A stretch of DNA of 62,961 bases from an uncultured Clostridium sp. (lineage in GTDB: Bacteria; Bacillota; Clostridia; TANB77; CAG-508), in contig CAMMVE010000001.1 in assembly GCA_946500265.1 (NCBI GenBank), positions 66,099 through 129,059 of the forward strand, in the 5' to 3' direction. Below the pieces are notes generated by a model. That model had not been told where the DNA came from. It did not search any database and worked only from the letters and a program-made list of their open reading frames with translations. The number at the start of each line of letters is the position of its first letter. Position 1 is the stretch's first letter. The position numbers and the translations under genes are program-made. This document shows positions 1-9,057 of the stretch, one piece after another.

Positions 1-195
1 GTTGCATATGCAATTGATAGTAAACTTGGAGATCTCAAAGAGGACAGCAATCAAGGACGGCTCTCTAGCGAGAAATATGGTTACCTTATAGGTACTGTAC
101 TGAAAATCGCCGATGAGTGGAATCCGAAACTAACGTATTCCCAGCGTGCACAACTTATGGACTGGTTCCAATATGAGTATGGAATTAATACTTAA
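1..195 (+). CDS. 3' end of an unknown (orphan) protein, truncated by window start
   Basis: Frame 1 open from base 1 to TAA 193-195 (VAYAIDSK...WFQYEYGINT*), followed by a strong terminator; no family recognised. Confidence 0.6.
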   Translation, partial: VAYAIDSKLGDLKEDSNQGRLSSEKYGYLIGTVLKIADEWNPKLTYSQRAQLMDWFQYEYGINT

Positions 196-221
196 ATAGG
201 AATGGTTCATAGAAAACAGAC

Positions 222-261
222 TCCTCTCATTTCCAAAAAAGAAATGAGAGGAATTTTTTTT
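222..261 (+). terminator. Rho-independent terminator
   Basis: TCCTCTCATTTC-7nt-GAAATGAGAGGA 12-bp stem followed by T run. Confidence 0.8.
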
Positions 262-266
262 ATGGA

Positions 267-299
267 GTCACTTACTTGTCACTTTTGATTTTGTATAAT
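267..299 (+). promoter_or_regulatory. Promoter of ABC exporter with candidate OmpR-family direct-repeat operator
   Basis: GTCACTT at 267-273 and 278-284 (11-bp period) over the -35 region; TATAAT at 294-299; OmpR-type regulator encoded downstream. Confidence 0.5.
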
Positions 300-379
300 G
301 ATAAAAAAGAAATATCATTCTAAAGGACTAAGAAAAAATTATTACTGGTCCTCAATTAGAAAAAATTGAAAAGAAAGGT

Positions 380-1054
380 GTGAAAATAATGGAAATATTG
401 CGAGTAGAGAATTTAACTAAAGTATATGGAAAAGATGAATCTAAAGTTGTAGCCATAGATAATATTTCTTTTTCAGTTGAGAAAGGTGAATTTGTTGCTA
501 TAGTTGGAGCAAGTGGAAGTGGAAAATCCACATTACTTCATTTAATTGGAGGTGTGGATAGACCAACAAGCGGAAAAGTATATATAGATGGAAAAGATAT
601 TTATCAGATGAATGATGATAATTTAGCCATTTTTAGAAGAAGGCAAGTTGGACTAATTTATCAGTTTTATAATTTGATACCAATTTTAAATGTTGAAGAA
701 AATATAACTCTTCCATGCGACTTGGATAACAAAAAAGTTGAAAAGCAGAAATTAAATAACCTGTTACAGTCATTAGGTTTGGAAGCTAGAAGAAAGCATT
801 TACCAAATGAATTATCAGGAGGGCAACAGCAGAGAACATCCATAGGAAGGGCAATGATAACAAATCCAAGTATTATATTGGCTGATGAGCCTACTGGAAA
901 TCTGGATTCTAAATCTAGTGATGAAATTGTAAATTTACTAAAAAAGTCAAATAAAGAATATAAGCAAACAATTATTATGATTACACACAATATTGAAATT
1001 GCTAAAATCGCAGACAGAATTATAAGAATCGAAGATGGAAAGATAGTAAATTAA
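380..1054 (+). CDS. ABC transporter ATP-binding protein (LolD/MacB/FtsE-like exporter)
   Basis: Walker A GASGSGKS, signature LSGGQQQR, Walker B ILADEPTGNLD, H-loop ITH; start GTG 380 or ATG 389. Confidence 0.95.
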   Translation: MKIMEILRVENLTKVYGKDESKVVAIDNISFSVEKGEFVAIVGASGSGKSTLLHLIGGVDRPTSGKVYIDGKDIYQMNDDNLAIFRRRQVGLIYQFYNLIPILNVEENITLPCDLDNKKVEKQKLNNLLQSLGLEARRKHLPNELSGGQQQRTSIGRAMITNPSIILADEPTGNLDSKSSDEIVNLLKKSNKEYKQTIIMITHNIEIAKIADRIIRIEDGKIVN

Positions 1055-1135
1055 TGTCGCTTTAGGGACAGGTCCGAAGCCGACATCAGAAATTTTAATA
1101 AGAATGTCGCCACGAGACCTGTCCCCAAACCGACA
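1055..1135. repeat. GGGAC-core palindromic element, subfamily A (two inverted 31-bp units)
   Basis: TGTCGCTTTAGGGACAGGTCCGAAGCCGACA (1055-1085) and TGTCGCCACGAGACCTGTCCCCAAACCGACA (1105-1135); starts right after the stop codon and ends at the RBS; homologous to 28190-28288. Confidence 0.85.
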
Positions 1136-1148
1136 AAGGAGGGAAGTT

Positions 1149-3770
1149 ATGAGTATTTTTACCAAATTGACTTTGAGAAATTTGAAGTTGAATAAAAAGA
1201 GAACTATTGGTACTATTATTGGAATTGTGCTTTCTACTGCTCTTATTTGTGCGGTCGCTGGTATGGCTACTAGCTTGCAGAAGAGTATGGTTGCAACAAC
1301 TATAAAAGATACAGGATATTATCATTTGAAATTGTCAGATGTTACCAATGAAGATGTTCAGAAGTTCCAAAACAATAGAGATGTAAAAGCTGTTAATAGT
1401 ATAAATGATGTAGGGTATTCCCTTTTAGAAGGAGGAACAAGTAGTAAAAGGCCATATATTCATGTGTATTCAATGGATGAAAATAGTTTTAATAATATGA
1501 GCTTGCAACTTACAGAAGGAAGATATCCTGCTAACAGCAACGAAATTGCAATAAATGAAGATATATTGTCAAACTCTACAAAAAGTTATAAAATTGGAGA
1601 TAAGATTACATTAAATATAGGGGACAGATATGCAGGAGATAGATATATAAAATCTGGTTGGGATTACTTACCTTATGAGTACGCTGTACCTCCAGAAGTG
1701 GATAATCAAAGCGATAGCAATGGCCTGGTGATAAGTGATAGTGGAGATGAGCAACAAAGAATAACAGAAGAAAATCTCAAAGTGAATTTTACAAAAGAGT
1801 TTGAAATAGTAGGAATTGTATCAAATAATGATATGCCTATTAGACGTATTTCATTTATAGTAGACGCTGGATATGCATGTATAACTAATGGGCTAGAAGA
1901 AGGACAGAAAGATATATATATTGCGTTAAATAATCCATACAATTGTGAAGAAGATATTGAAGAAATGATAGGTGTAAGAATCAATTCAGGAGAATTGACA
2001 GAAACTAATTATACTTATTCAGTTAATTATGAACTTTTACGTTGGGAGTCTTTGAATTCAAGTGATGCAACAGCATCTATGATTTTGTCAGTAATTATTG
2101 TGGTAGTAGCTATTATTATGATAACTAGTATATACTGCATAAAAAATGCTTTTTCTATATCTCTAACTGAGAAAATAAGAATGTATGGAAAGCTATCTAG
2201 TGTTGGAGCAACCAAAAAGCAAATAAGAAAAAGTGTTATACAAGAAGGTATGATTTTAAGTATAATTGGTATTCCAATAGGAATTTTGGCGGGAATTCTA
2301 GCTGTATATATTTTAGTAATTATTGTAAGAAACATTCTACAAGGAGTTTTAGAGGCACAAGTAGAATTTAGTATTTCCATTTTGCCAATTGTTATAGCAG
2401 CATTATTAGGTTTGGTTACAGTTTATTTATCTTGTTTATCTGCTGCAAGGAAAGCAAGAAAAGTAACACCACTTGAGGCAATAAGAAGTGCAAATGAAGT
2501 AAAAATAAACAGCAAAAAAATTAAGTCACCAAAAATAATTAAAAAATTATTCGGAATGGGTGGAGTTATAGCATATAAAAACTTAAAAAGAAGCAAGAAA
2601 AAATATAGAACAACAGTAGTTTCTATTGCGATAAGTGTGTTTGTATTTATTGCAACATCAACTTTAATAACATATGCATTTGAAGCTATGTCTAGTTATT
2701 ACGAGGATTATGATTATAATGTGCAGGTCACAGCATCTTCTGAAAATAGTGAAGTTTTATCAGATATTGTGCAAAATGAAAAATTTGATGATTATTCATT
2801 AATATACGATGTAGCTCGCGAAACAGGATTCTCATTAATGGAATTGACAGATCAAAATATTTTATCTGATTTTGCAATAGAAAGAATGGGCAATGATGTA
2901 GATTCTAATTTTGTGCCACAAGTGACATTAAAAGGCTTAAACAGCAAAGATTTTAAGGAATTTGTAGAGAGCTTAAATTTGAATTATGAAAATGTTAAAG
3001 ATAAGGCAATACTAAATGATTATACAAATTTGTATACAGATGATGGAAAAACTATAAGAGGAAGAACTTTGAATTATAAGAATGGAGATACTATTTCTGC
3101 TAATCTAGATGGCTTGGAGCTTAAGTTAGAAATAGCTAAAATTGTTAATGAAAAGCCAAGAGGCTTAGAAGATACAACATATGGAAATGGTCTTGTTATA
3201 GTAAATATTGATGAATATGGAGATGAAATTAATTTTGTGCCGGTTAAATTAGCGATTAAAACGGCAGAAGCCGAAGATACGGAAAAAGATTTAACAGAAA
3301 ATTATAACGATATATCCGTATTTAACATAGATAAAGAAGTGAAATTCTATAATGCAGTAAAACTTCTAACATCAATATTTGCATATGGATTTATTGCAGT
3401 AATTACATTAATAGGAGTAACAAATATTTTTAATACATTAACTTCAAATATAGAATTAAGGCAAAAAGAATTCGCAATGCTAAAAAGCATAGGAATGACA
3501 AAAAAAGAATTTAATAAAATGGTAAATCTTGAAACTATTTTCTATTCTTTTAAAGCATTACTTTATGGAATAATTTTAGGATTAATTGCATCCTTTGCAA
3601 TATATAAAGCTTTTGCAGAATCACTAGATTTTGGATTTATGTGGCCAATTGGAGCAATATTAATATCTATAATATTTGTATTTGTGATAGTATTTATTAT
3701 AATGAGATTTGCAATTAGCAAGATAAACAAACAAAATATAATAGAAACTATCAGAAAAGAAAATGTGTAA
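1149..3770 (+). CDS. ABC transporter permease, FtsX/MacB family (two permease domains)
   Basis: Two FtsX-like TM blocks with large extracellular loops, motifs 'LSSVGATKKQI' and 'LKSIGMTKKE'; RBS AAGGAGGG before ATG 1149 (ORF-track start 1104 lies inside the repeat). Confidence 0.9.
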   Translation: MSIFTKLTLRNLKLNKKRTIGTIIGIVLSTALICAVAGMATSLQKSMVATTIKDTGYYHLKLSDVTNEDVQKFQNNRDVKAVNSINDVGYSLLEGGTSSKRPYIHVYSMDENSFNNMSLQLTEGRYPANSNEIAINEDILSNSTKSYKIGDKITLNIGDRYAGDRYIKSGWDYLPYEYAVPPEVDNQSDSNGLVISDSGDEQQRITEENLKVNFTKEFEIVGIVSNNDMPIRRISFIVDAGYACITNGLEEGQKDIYIALNNPYNCEEDIEEMIGVRINSGELTETNYTYSVNYELLRWESLNSSDATASMILSVIIVVVAIIMITSIYCIKNAFSISLTEKIRMYGKLSSVGATKKQIRKSVIQEGMILSIIGIPIGILAGILAVYILVIIVRNILQGVLEAQVEFSISILPIVIAALLGLVTVYLSCLSAARKARKVTPLEAIRSANEVKINSKKIKSPKIIKKLFGMGGVIAYKNLKRSKKKYRTTVVSIAISVFVFIATSTLITYAFEAMSSYYEDYDYNVQVTASSENSEVLSDIVQNEKFDDYSLIYDVARETGFSLMELTDQNILSDFAIERMGNDVDSNFVPQVTLKGLNSKDFKEFVESLNLNYENVKDKAILNDYTNLYTDDGKTIRGRTLNYKNGDTISANLDGLELKLEIAKIVNEKPRGLEDTTYGNGLVIVNIDEYGDEINFVPVKLAIKTAEAEDTEKDLTENYNDISVFNIDKEVKFYNAVKLLTSIFAYGFIAVITLIGVTNIFNTLTSNIELRQKEFAMLKSIGMTKKEFNKMVNLETIFYSFKALLYGIILGLIASFAIYKAFAESLDFGFMWPIGAILISIIFVFVIVFIIMRFAISKINKQNIIETIRKENV

Positions 3771-3786
3771 AAATTATGTAAACGTC

Positions 3787-3815
3787 TTGCGAAATTTAGT
3801 ATTTAGTTATATAAT
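3787..3815 (+). promoter_or_regulatory. Sigma-A promoter
   Basis: TTGCGA-17 bp-TATAAT. Confidence 0.6.
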
Positions 3816-3819
3816 AATG

Positions 3820-3915
3820 CATATACTTTTTTTAGGAGTGAGAATTAATGGGCAAGGAGGGAATCATTAATTCTAACTAAAATTAAGGGCAACTCTTGCT
3901 GGGGTTGCTCTTTCA
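3820..3915 (+). ncRNA. Candidate small RNA or attenuator leader (two hairpins)
   Basis: Hairpin AGAATTAATG/CATTAATTCT (3841-3874) with loop GGCAAGGAGGGAAT, then terminator-like AAGGGCAACTC/GGGTTGCTCTT+T (3885-3913), just downstream of a promoter. Confidence 0.35.
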
Positions 3916-3942
3916 ATTAAGTAATAATTTAGAGGTACAAAA

Positions 3943-4593
3943 ATGCAGATTTTATTAGTAGAAGATAATAAATTAATAACAAAAGCACTAATATATAATT
4001 TAGAGCAAAGTAATTACAAAGTGCTAAGTGCAGAAAATATAGTAGAAGCTCAGAAAATGCTAGCTACAGAAAAAATAAATTTAATTATTTTAGATATTAC
4101 TCTTCCTGATGGAAGTGGATTTGATTTATATAGAGATATAAAAACAAAGAACATAAGTACTATTTTCCTAACTGCAATGGATGATGAAGACAATGTGGTA
4201 AAAGGATTGGAATTGGGCGCGGAGGATTATATAACGAAACCATTTTCTACAAGGGAATTACTTGCAAGAATAAATAAGATTTTTTTGCGAGAGAAGAAAA
4301 ATAATATAATAAAAATTAAGGACATTACTTGTGATTTAGATAAAATGTGTGTATATAAAGGAGAAAAGCAAATAGGGCTTTCTTCACTTGAGCTTAAAAT
4401 TTTAATGTTACTTTTTACTAATCTGAACAAAGTAATCACAAGAGAGTATATTATAGAAAAGATATGGGACTGGACAGGCAATGATGTTTATGATAATACT
4501 GTAACAGTATACATGAAAAGAATTAGAGAAAAGCTTGAAACTCCAATAATTACAACTATAAAAGGAGTAGGTTATAGAATTGATGAAGAATAA
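3943..4593 (+). CDS. OmpR/PhoB-family response regulator
   Basis: Receiver (LLVEDN, LDITLPDGSG, KPF) plus winged-helix C-terminus (IKGVGYR). Confidence 0.95.
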   Translation: MQILLVEDNKLITKALIYNLEQSNYKVLSAENIVEAQKMLATEKINLIILDITLPDGSGFDLYRDIKTKNISTIFLTAMDDEDNVVKGLELGAEDYITKPFSTRELLARINKIFLREKKNNIIKIKDITCDLDKMCVYKGEKQIGLSSLELKILMLLFTNLNKVITREYIIEKIWDWTGNDVYDNTVTVYMKRIREKLETPIITTIKGVGYRIDEE

Positions 4594-5818
4594 AGAAGTT
4601 TTAAAAAAATATATTATTTTTACAATAGTAGTATTTGCTATATTTATGATAATCCTCGCAATTGTTAACCACATACAATATAGTTCATACAACAGGAATA
4701 GTAATCTCGCCATAAATCAAATAATAAATAATATAAAAAAATCTTACCCAGAGGCAGATATAAATGAAATTATACAAATATTGAATAATGATAATCTTGA
4801 ACAAACTGATTTTCTTAAAGAATATGGAATAAATATAGATAAAGATACTGCCATCCTTTCTAATCAGCAAGATAGCAAACTTCTTCTTATTATTAATTGC
4901 AGTATATTGCTAACACTTCTTATAGTAATTATTTGTATATTTGTAAAATATAATAAAAATCAAAACAAAAAAATATCGGAGATAACAAAATATATAGAAG
5001 ATATCAATAGAGGAATATACACTTTAAGCATACAAGAAAATAGCGAGGATGAGCTATCGATATTAAAAAATGAGTTATACAAAATAACAGTTATGCTAAG
5101 AGAACAGTCAGAAAACTCTATAAAAGATAAAATGCAATTAAAAAAATCACTTGAAGACATATCTCATCAGCTAAAGACACCATTAACTTCCATAATAATA
5201 ATGCTTGATAATTTGCTTGATAATCTTAATATGGATGTGGATATACGTAATGATTTTATTAAAAGTATTTATAGGGAAATATCAAATATTAATTTCTTCA
5301 TACAAGCATTATTAAAGTTATCTAAATTTGATGTTAACACAATTAAATTTAATAGGAAAGAAGAAAAAATTAGAGATATAATAGATCAAGCACAACAAAA
5401 TGTGGAAACTTTATGTGACTTGCGTAAGATAAAAATTGAAACTATTCCTGATTTTGGACAAGCACCTTTTAGGAATCCAGAGGTTGTGTGCGACATAAAA
5501 TGGCAAGTAGAAGCAATTACCAATATAATAAAAAATTGCGTAGAACATTCTGAAAGTGGTACAAAAATAAGCATTAAATATGGAAAAAATGATTTGTATT
5601 CAGAAATATTAATAGAAGATCAGGGAAGCGGAATAGACCCAGAAGACTTAAAACACATATTTGAAAGATTTTATAAAGGAAAAAATTCAAGCAAAGATAG
5701 TGTGGGAATTGGCTTATCACTCGCTAAAACAATAATTGAAAAAGATAATGGATATATTACAGTGGAATCTGAAATGGGAAAAGGAAGTAAATTTTGCATT
5801 AGATATTTGAATGGCTGA
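4580..5818 (+). CDS. Membrane sensor histidine kinase
   Basis: Two TM helices, H-box DISHQLKTPLT, N-box NIIKNCVEH, G1 DQGSGI, F/G2 FERFYKG..GIGL. Confidence 0.95.
   Translation: MMKNKEVLKKYIIFTIVVFAIFMIILAIVNHIQYSSYNRNSNLAINQIINNIKKSYPEADINEIIQILNNDNLEQTDFLKEYGINIDKDTAILSNQQDSKLLLIINCSILLTLLIVIICIFVKYNKNQNKKISEITKYIEDINRGIYTLSIQENSEDELSILKNELYKITVMLREQSENSIKDKMQLKKSLEDISHQLKTPLTSIIIMLDNLLDNLNMDVDIRNDFIKSIYREISNINFFIQALLKLSKFDVNTIKFNRKEEKIRDIIDQAQQNVETLCDLRKIKIETIPDFGQAPFRNPEVVCDIKWQVEAITNIIKNCVEHSESGTKISIKYGKNDLYSEILIEDQGSGIDPEDLKHIFERFYKGKNSSKDSVGIGLSLAKTIIEKDNGYITVESEMGKGSKFCIRYLNG
5444..5476. repeat. GGAC-core palindromic element (subfamily D) inserted in frame in the histidine kinase
   Basis: ATTCCTGATTTTGGACAAGCACCTTTTAGGAAT, 33 bp, ATTCCT/AGGAAT arms; aligns with intergenic copy 58128-58158. 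Confidence 0.6.
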
Positions 5819-5889
5819 AATTTTTAAAAACTTCGTTGATTATTAAGAATATTGACTTTAATGCAAAAAAAGATTTTATGTAACCTATA

Positions 5890-5918
5890 TTGAAAAATTG
5901 GCGAAAATATAGTATAAT
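5890..5918 (+). promoter_or_regulatory. Sigma-A promoter of orphan gene
   Basis: TTGAAA-17 bp-TATAAT. Confidence 0.6.
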
Positions 5919-5957
5919 AAAAATACATTTTATTTTATAAAAGGCAGGTGTAGTCTG

Positions 5958-6251
5958 ATGAATAATCACCCGATTCAATTTTTGCATTTCCAAGAGAATA
6001 AAAATTTTCCTCTTTTGGAGGTAGCTTTAATTTCACAAGATCGGGATATAAGAGACTATTTGCTACGTATTGCAGTGGAATTGTACGAGGATGCAGCTGA
6101 TTATCAAGGAATTCCTTATGAAAAAGATCCTAACAAAGAAATAAGAATCAGATTTCATGGTAACACAATTGCGCAGTTCGCGATACTTTTTCCAACGCAA
6201 TACAAATTAAATTGTTTCTTAGACGAAGAAACAAGATGCGGAATGCCTTGA
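5958..6251 (+). CDS. Hypothetical orphan protein (97 aa)
   Basis: Own promoter, RBS AAAGGCAGGTG, own terminator; uses codons such as CCG/CGG/ACG that are rare in the neighbours. Confidence 0.7.
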   Translation: MNNHPIQFLHFQENKNFPLLEVALISQDRDIRDYLLRIAVELYEDAADYQGIPYEKDPNKEIRIRFHGNTIAQFAILFPTQYKLNCFLDEETRCGMP

Positions 6252-6257
6252 AAAAAA

Positions 6258-6288
6258 GAGCAGCTTTAAGTTAAAGCTGCTCGATTTT
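6258..6288 (+). terminator. Terminator hairpin
   Basis: GAGCAGCTTTAA-G-TTAAAGCTGCTC inverted repeat after the orphan stop. Confidence 0.65.
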
Positions 6289-6295
6289 ATACGTT

Positions 6296-6325
6296 GGAAC
6301 ACATTTAAATATGTACACAGTGTTT
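6296..6325. repeat. Degenerate subfamily C element
   Basis: GGAACACATTTAAATATGTACACAGTGTTT matches the 61720-61761 copy at about 25/30 positions. Confidence 0.55.
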
Positions 6326-6402
6326 GTTACTGTTTAATGGTATTTAAATAATGCATGTCCTGCAACGGTAGTTTAAATATATTTAAACCATTAAACAGTA
6401 AC
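6326..6402. repeat. Long AT-armed hairpin with conserved 22-mer core
   Basis: Perfect 16-bp arms GTTACTGTTTAATGGT/ACCATTAAACAGTAAC enclosing GCATGTCCTGCAACGGTAGTTT (6353-6374), identical to 52528-52549. Confidence 0.75.
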
Positions 6403-6548
6403 TAGTGTTGTAATTTTGTTTTTGAATAATATTGACATATATAGTGCAATATAATAGAATTGCATATGGAATAAAAAGGTTGAAAAACAATTACAATATT
6501 TAATTCTTTTTCAACCGAATCTGTATCTAGAAAGGAATGTGAAAAAAT

Positions 6549-7712
6549 ATGAAAGAAGTAAATATTTCTAAAGATATAATTAATATTGGTGCAAGTGATA
6601 ATAATTTAAAGATTTTTGAAAATCAGTATGTTTTAAAAAATGGTATGAGCTATAATTCATATGTTATTAAAGACGAAAAAAATGTAATTATGGATACAAT
6701 TGATGAGGCTGTTACTGATGAATGGCTTAAAAATTTAGATAAAGCTCTTGATGGAGACAAGCCTGATTATTTAGTAGTTTCTCATATGGAACCAGACCAT
6801 GCGTATAATATTGGCCTTATTGCTGAGAAATATCCAGAGATGAAAATAGTAGGAAATCAATTCACATTTAATATCTTGTCAAATTTCTTTGATTTAGACA
6901 TTTCTAATAGAAAAGTTTTAGTTAAAGAAGGTGATGTGCTAGATTTAGGAAAGCATAAATTGCAATTCTTTATGGCTCCTATGGTTCATTGGCCTGAGGC
7001 TATGGTTTCATATGAACAAACTGAAAAAATGCTTTTTGCAGCAGATGCTTTTGGAAAATTTGGCTCATTAGATGTTGAGGAAGACTGGCTTGATGAAGCA
7101 AGAAGATACTATATAGGAATTGTTGGTAAATATGGAATGCAGGTGCAAGCACTATTAAATAAAGCAGCAACTTTAGATATTAAAACTATTTGCCCTTTGC
7201 ATGGTCCAGTGTTAAAAGAAAATCTTAGATATTATATAGATAAATATAAAACATGGAGCAGTTATGAGCCAGAAGAAGATGGTGTTTTAATTGCATGCAG
7301 CTCTATATATGGAAATACTTTAAATGCAGCTGAAAAAATGGCAGATATTCTTAAAGAACAAGGAGAAAAAACAGTCGTAATAAGAAATCTTACAAAAGAT
7401 GACTGGGCTGAATGTGTTGCAGATGCTTTTAAATATTCAAAATTAGTCCTTGCATCATCTAGCTATAATGCGGGAGTTTTCCCTCCAATGGAGCATTTTC
7501 TTGGACGTTTGAAAGAGAGAAACTATCAAAAGAGAAAAATAGGAATAATTGAAAATGGTTCATGGGCACCATCTGCTGGTAATTGCATGAAAAATCTTTT
7601 ACAAGGCTGTAAAGAATTAGAAATAATTGAACCAGTAATTACTATTAAATCGAGAATGAAAGAAGAAAACATAAAGCAAATGGAAAGCTTAGCAGAAGAG
7701 CTTTTGAAATAG
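6549..7712 (+). CDS. fprA: Flavodiiron protein (FprA/NorV-like; metallo-beta-lactamase + flavodoxin domains)
   Basis: SHMEPDH, PMVHWPE, DAFGKFG, PLHGP diiron motifs; C-terminal flavodoxin (SIYGNT, ENGSWAP); promoter TTGACA-17-TAGAAT at 6432-6460. Confidence 0.9.
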   Translation: MKEVNISKDIINIGASDNNLKIFENQYVLKNGMSYNSYVIKDEKNVIMDTIDEAVTDEWLKNLDKALDGDKPDYLVVSHMEPDHAYNIGLIAEKYPEMKIVGNQFTFNILSNFFDLDISNRKVLVKEGDVLDLGKHKLQFFMAPMVHWPEAMVSYEQTEKMLFAADAFGKFGSLDVEEDWLDEARRYYIGIVGKYGMQVQALLNKAATLDIKTICPLHGPVLKENLRYYIDKYKTWSSYEPEEDGVLIACSSIYGNTLNAAEKMADILKEQGEKTVVIRNLTKDDWAECVADAFKYSKLVLASSSYNAGVFPPMEHFLGRLKERNYQKRKIGIIENGSWAPSAGNCMKNLLQGCKELEIIEPVITIKSRMKEENIKQMESLAEELLK

Positions 7713-7713
7713 A

Positions 7714-7744
7714 TGAACAGAAGGGACACTCCTTTTAGTTCAAG
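7714..7744. repeat. GGGAC-core element, subfamily B (single unit)
   Basis: TGAACAGAAGGGACACTCCTTTTAGTTCAAG between the fprA stop and the ymdB RBS. Confidence 0.8.
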
Positions 7745-7766
7745 TAGAAAGAAAGGAAATTGAGAA

Positions 7767-8540
7767 ATGAAAATATTAGCAATAGGAGATATAGTTGGAG
7801 CAACAGGATTAAATAAATTAAGAGAGTCACTTCCTAAAATAATTGAAAAAGAAAATATTGATTTTACTATAGTAAATGCTGAAAATACTTCTGGAGGTAT
7901 GGGGCTTACTATAAAAGATTTTAATACTTTATTAAGAATGCCGATTAATGCAATTACTATGGGCAATCATACTTGGGGTAAAAAAGATATTTTTACTTTT
8001 ATAGATAATCCAATACTCTTAAGACCGGCAAATTATTCCAAGGGTGTACCGGGAAAAGGTTACAATGTTTTCAAATGTAACGATAAAAAAATAGCTGTTA
8101 TTAATTTAATTGGTAGAACTGATATGAACGTTTTATCTGAAAATCCTTTTTCAGTGGCAGATGAATTAGTTAATAAGTTAAGCAGAGAAGCAGATATTAT
8201 TATAATAGATTTCCATGCCGAGGCAACTGCAGAAAAAATTGCAATGAAACATTTCCTTGATGGAAAAGTTAACGCGATTTTTGGTACACATACTCATGTA
8301 CAAACTGCTGATGAGGAAATAACAGATAAAAATACAGCATATATAACCGATATAGGAATGACCGGCCCTAAAAAATCTGTTATTGGAATGGATGTATCTG
8401 CTTCAATAAAAAGATTTCTTACATCACTTCCAGAAAAATATAAATTAGCAGAAGGAGATACTATTTTAAATGGATGTGTATTTGAAATAAATGACGAAGA
8501 ATGTAAAACGGTAAATATATATAGAATAAGCTATAAATAG
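7767..8540 (+). CDS. ymdB: YmdB-family metallophosphoesterase (TIGR00282-like)
   Basis: GDIVG, NAEN, TMGNH, RPANY, DFHAEATAEK, GTHTHV, TDIGMTG motifs; adjacent to spoVS. Confidence 0.92.
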   Translation: MKILAIGDIVGATGLNKLRESLPKIIEKENIDFTIVNAENTSGGMGLTIKDFNTLLRMPINAITMGNHTWGKKDIFTFIDNPILLRPANYSKGVPGKGYNVFKCNDKKIAVINLIGRTDMNVLSENPFSVADELVNKLSREADIIIIDFHAEATAEKIAMKHFLDGKVNAIFGTHTHVQTADEEITDKNTAYITDIGMTGPKKSVIGMDVSASIKRFLTSLPEKYKLAEGDTILNGCVFEINDEECKTVNIYRISYK

Positions 8541-8541
8541 C

Positions 8542-8568
8542 TGTCGAATGTGGTCGAAAATGGACGAA
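8542..8568 (+). promoter_or_regulatory. Three Spo0A-box-like heptamers at 10-bp period upstream of spoVS
   Basis: TGTCGAA 8542-8548, GGTCGAA 8552-8558, GGACGAA 8562-8568. Confidence 0.55.
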
Positions 8569-8670
8569 CGCTTTTTCCATTATTTTCCAAAAACCTATAG
8601 ACAATTTCCAGAAATTGTAATATAAATATAATTGTTAATTAAAACAAATAAAAAAATATAGGAGGCAAAA

Positions 8671-8934
8671 ATGGAAATTTTAAAAATCTCGTCAAAGTCA
8701 AATCCAAATTCAGTAGCTGGAGCTATTGCAGGTTTGGTAAAGGAATCTAACAAGGCAGAAATGCAAGCAATAGGAGCAGGAGCACTTAATCAAGCTGTGA
8801 AAGCTGTAGCAATTGCAAGAGGATTTGTAGCACCAGCAGGAGTGGATTTAGTATGTATACCTGCATTTGCTGAAGTTGAGGTAGAAGGAGAAGACAGAAC
8901 AGGTATAAAGCTTATTGTAGAATCTAGAAAATAG
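8671..8934 (+). CDS. spoVS: Stage V sporulation protein S
   Basis: MEILKISSKSNPNSVAGAIAG...QAIGAGALNQAVKAVAIARGF. Confidence 0.97.
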   Translation: MEILKISSKSNPNSVAGAIAGLVKESNKAEMQAIGAGALNQAVKAVAIARGFVAPAGVDLVCIPAFAEVEVEGEDRTGIKLIVESRK

Positions 8935-8964
8935 TTTATAATGAGTATAAATATTATATATAGT

Positions 8965-8997
8965 GAAGCACAAATTAGTACATTGTGCTTCTTTTTT
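8965..8997 (+). terminator. Rho-independent terminator of spoVS
   Basis: GAAGCACAA/TTGTGCTTC stem + TTTTTT. Confidence 0.8.
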
Positions 8998-9057
8998 ATC
9001 CGAAAACAGTTGAAAAAAACCTAAAAATATTATATAGTATATGAGCAAGGAGGCTGT

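Noticed and set aside
318-361. Degenerate D-like element upstream of the ABC ATPase (GTCCTCAATTAG is the reverse complement of 58131-58142)
   Set aside because: A 12-bp match, but the core continuation and second arm are missing; not counted as a supported copy
1104-1148. ORF-track N-terminal extensions (1104, 26150, 28223, 31509, 49923)
   Set aside because: These starts lie inside palindromic repeats; better RBS-start pairs exist downstream (1149, 26195, 28301, 31593, 49962)
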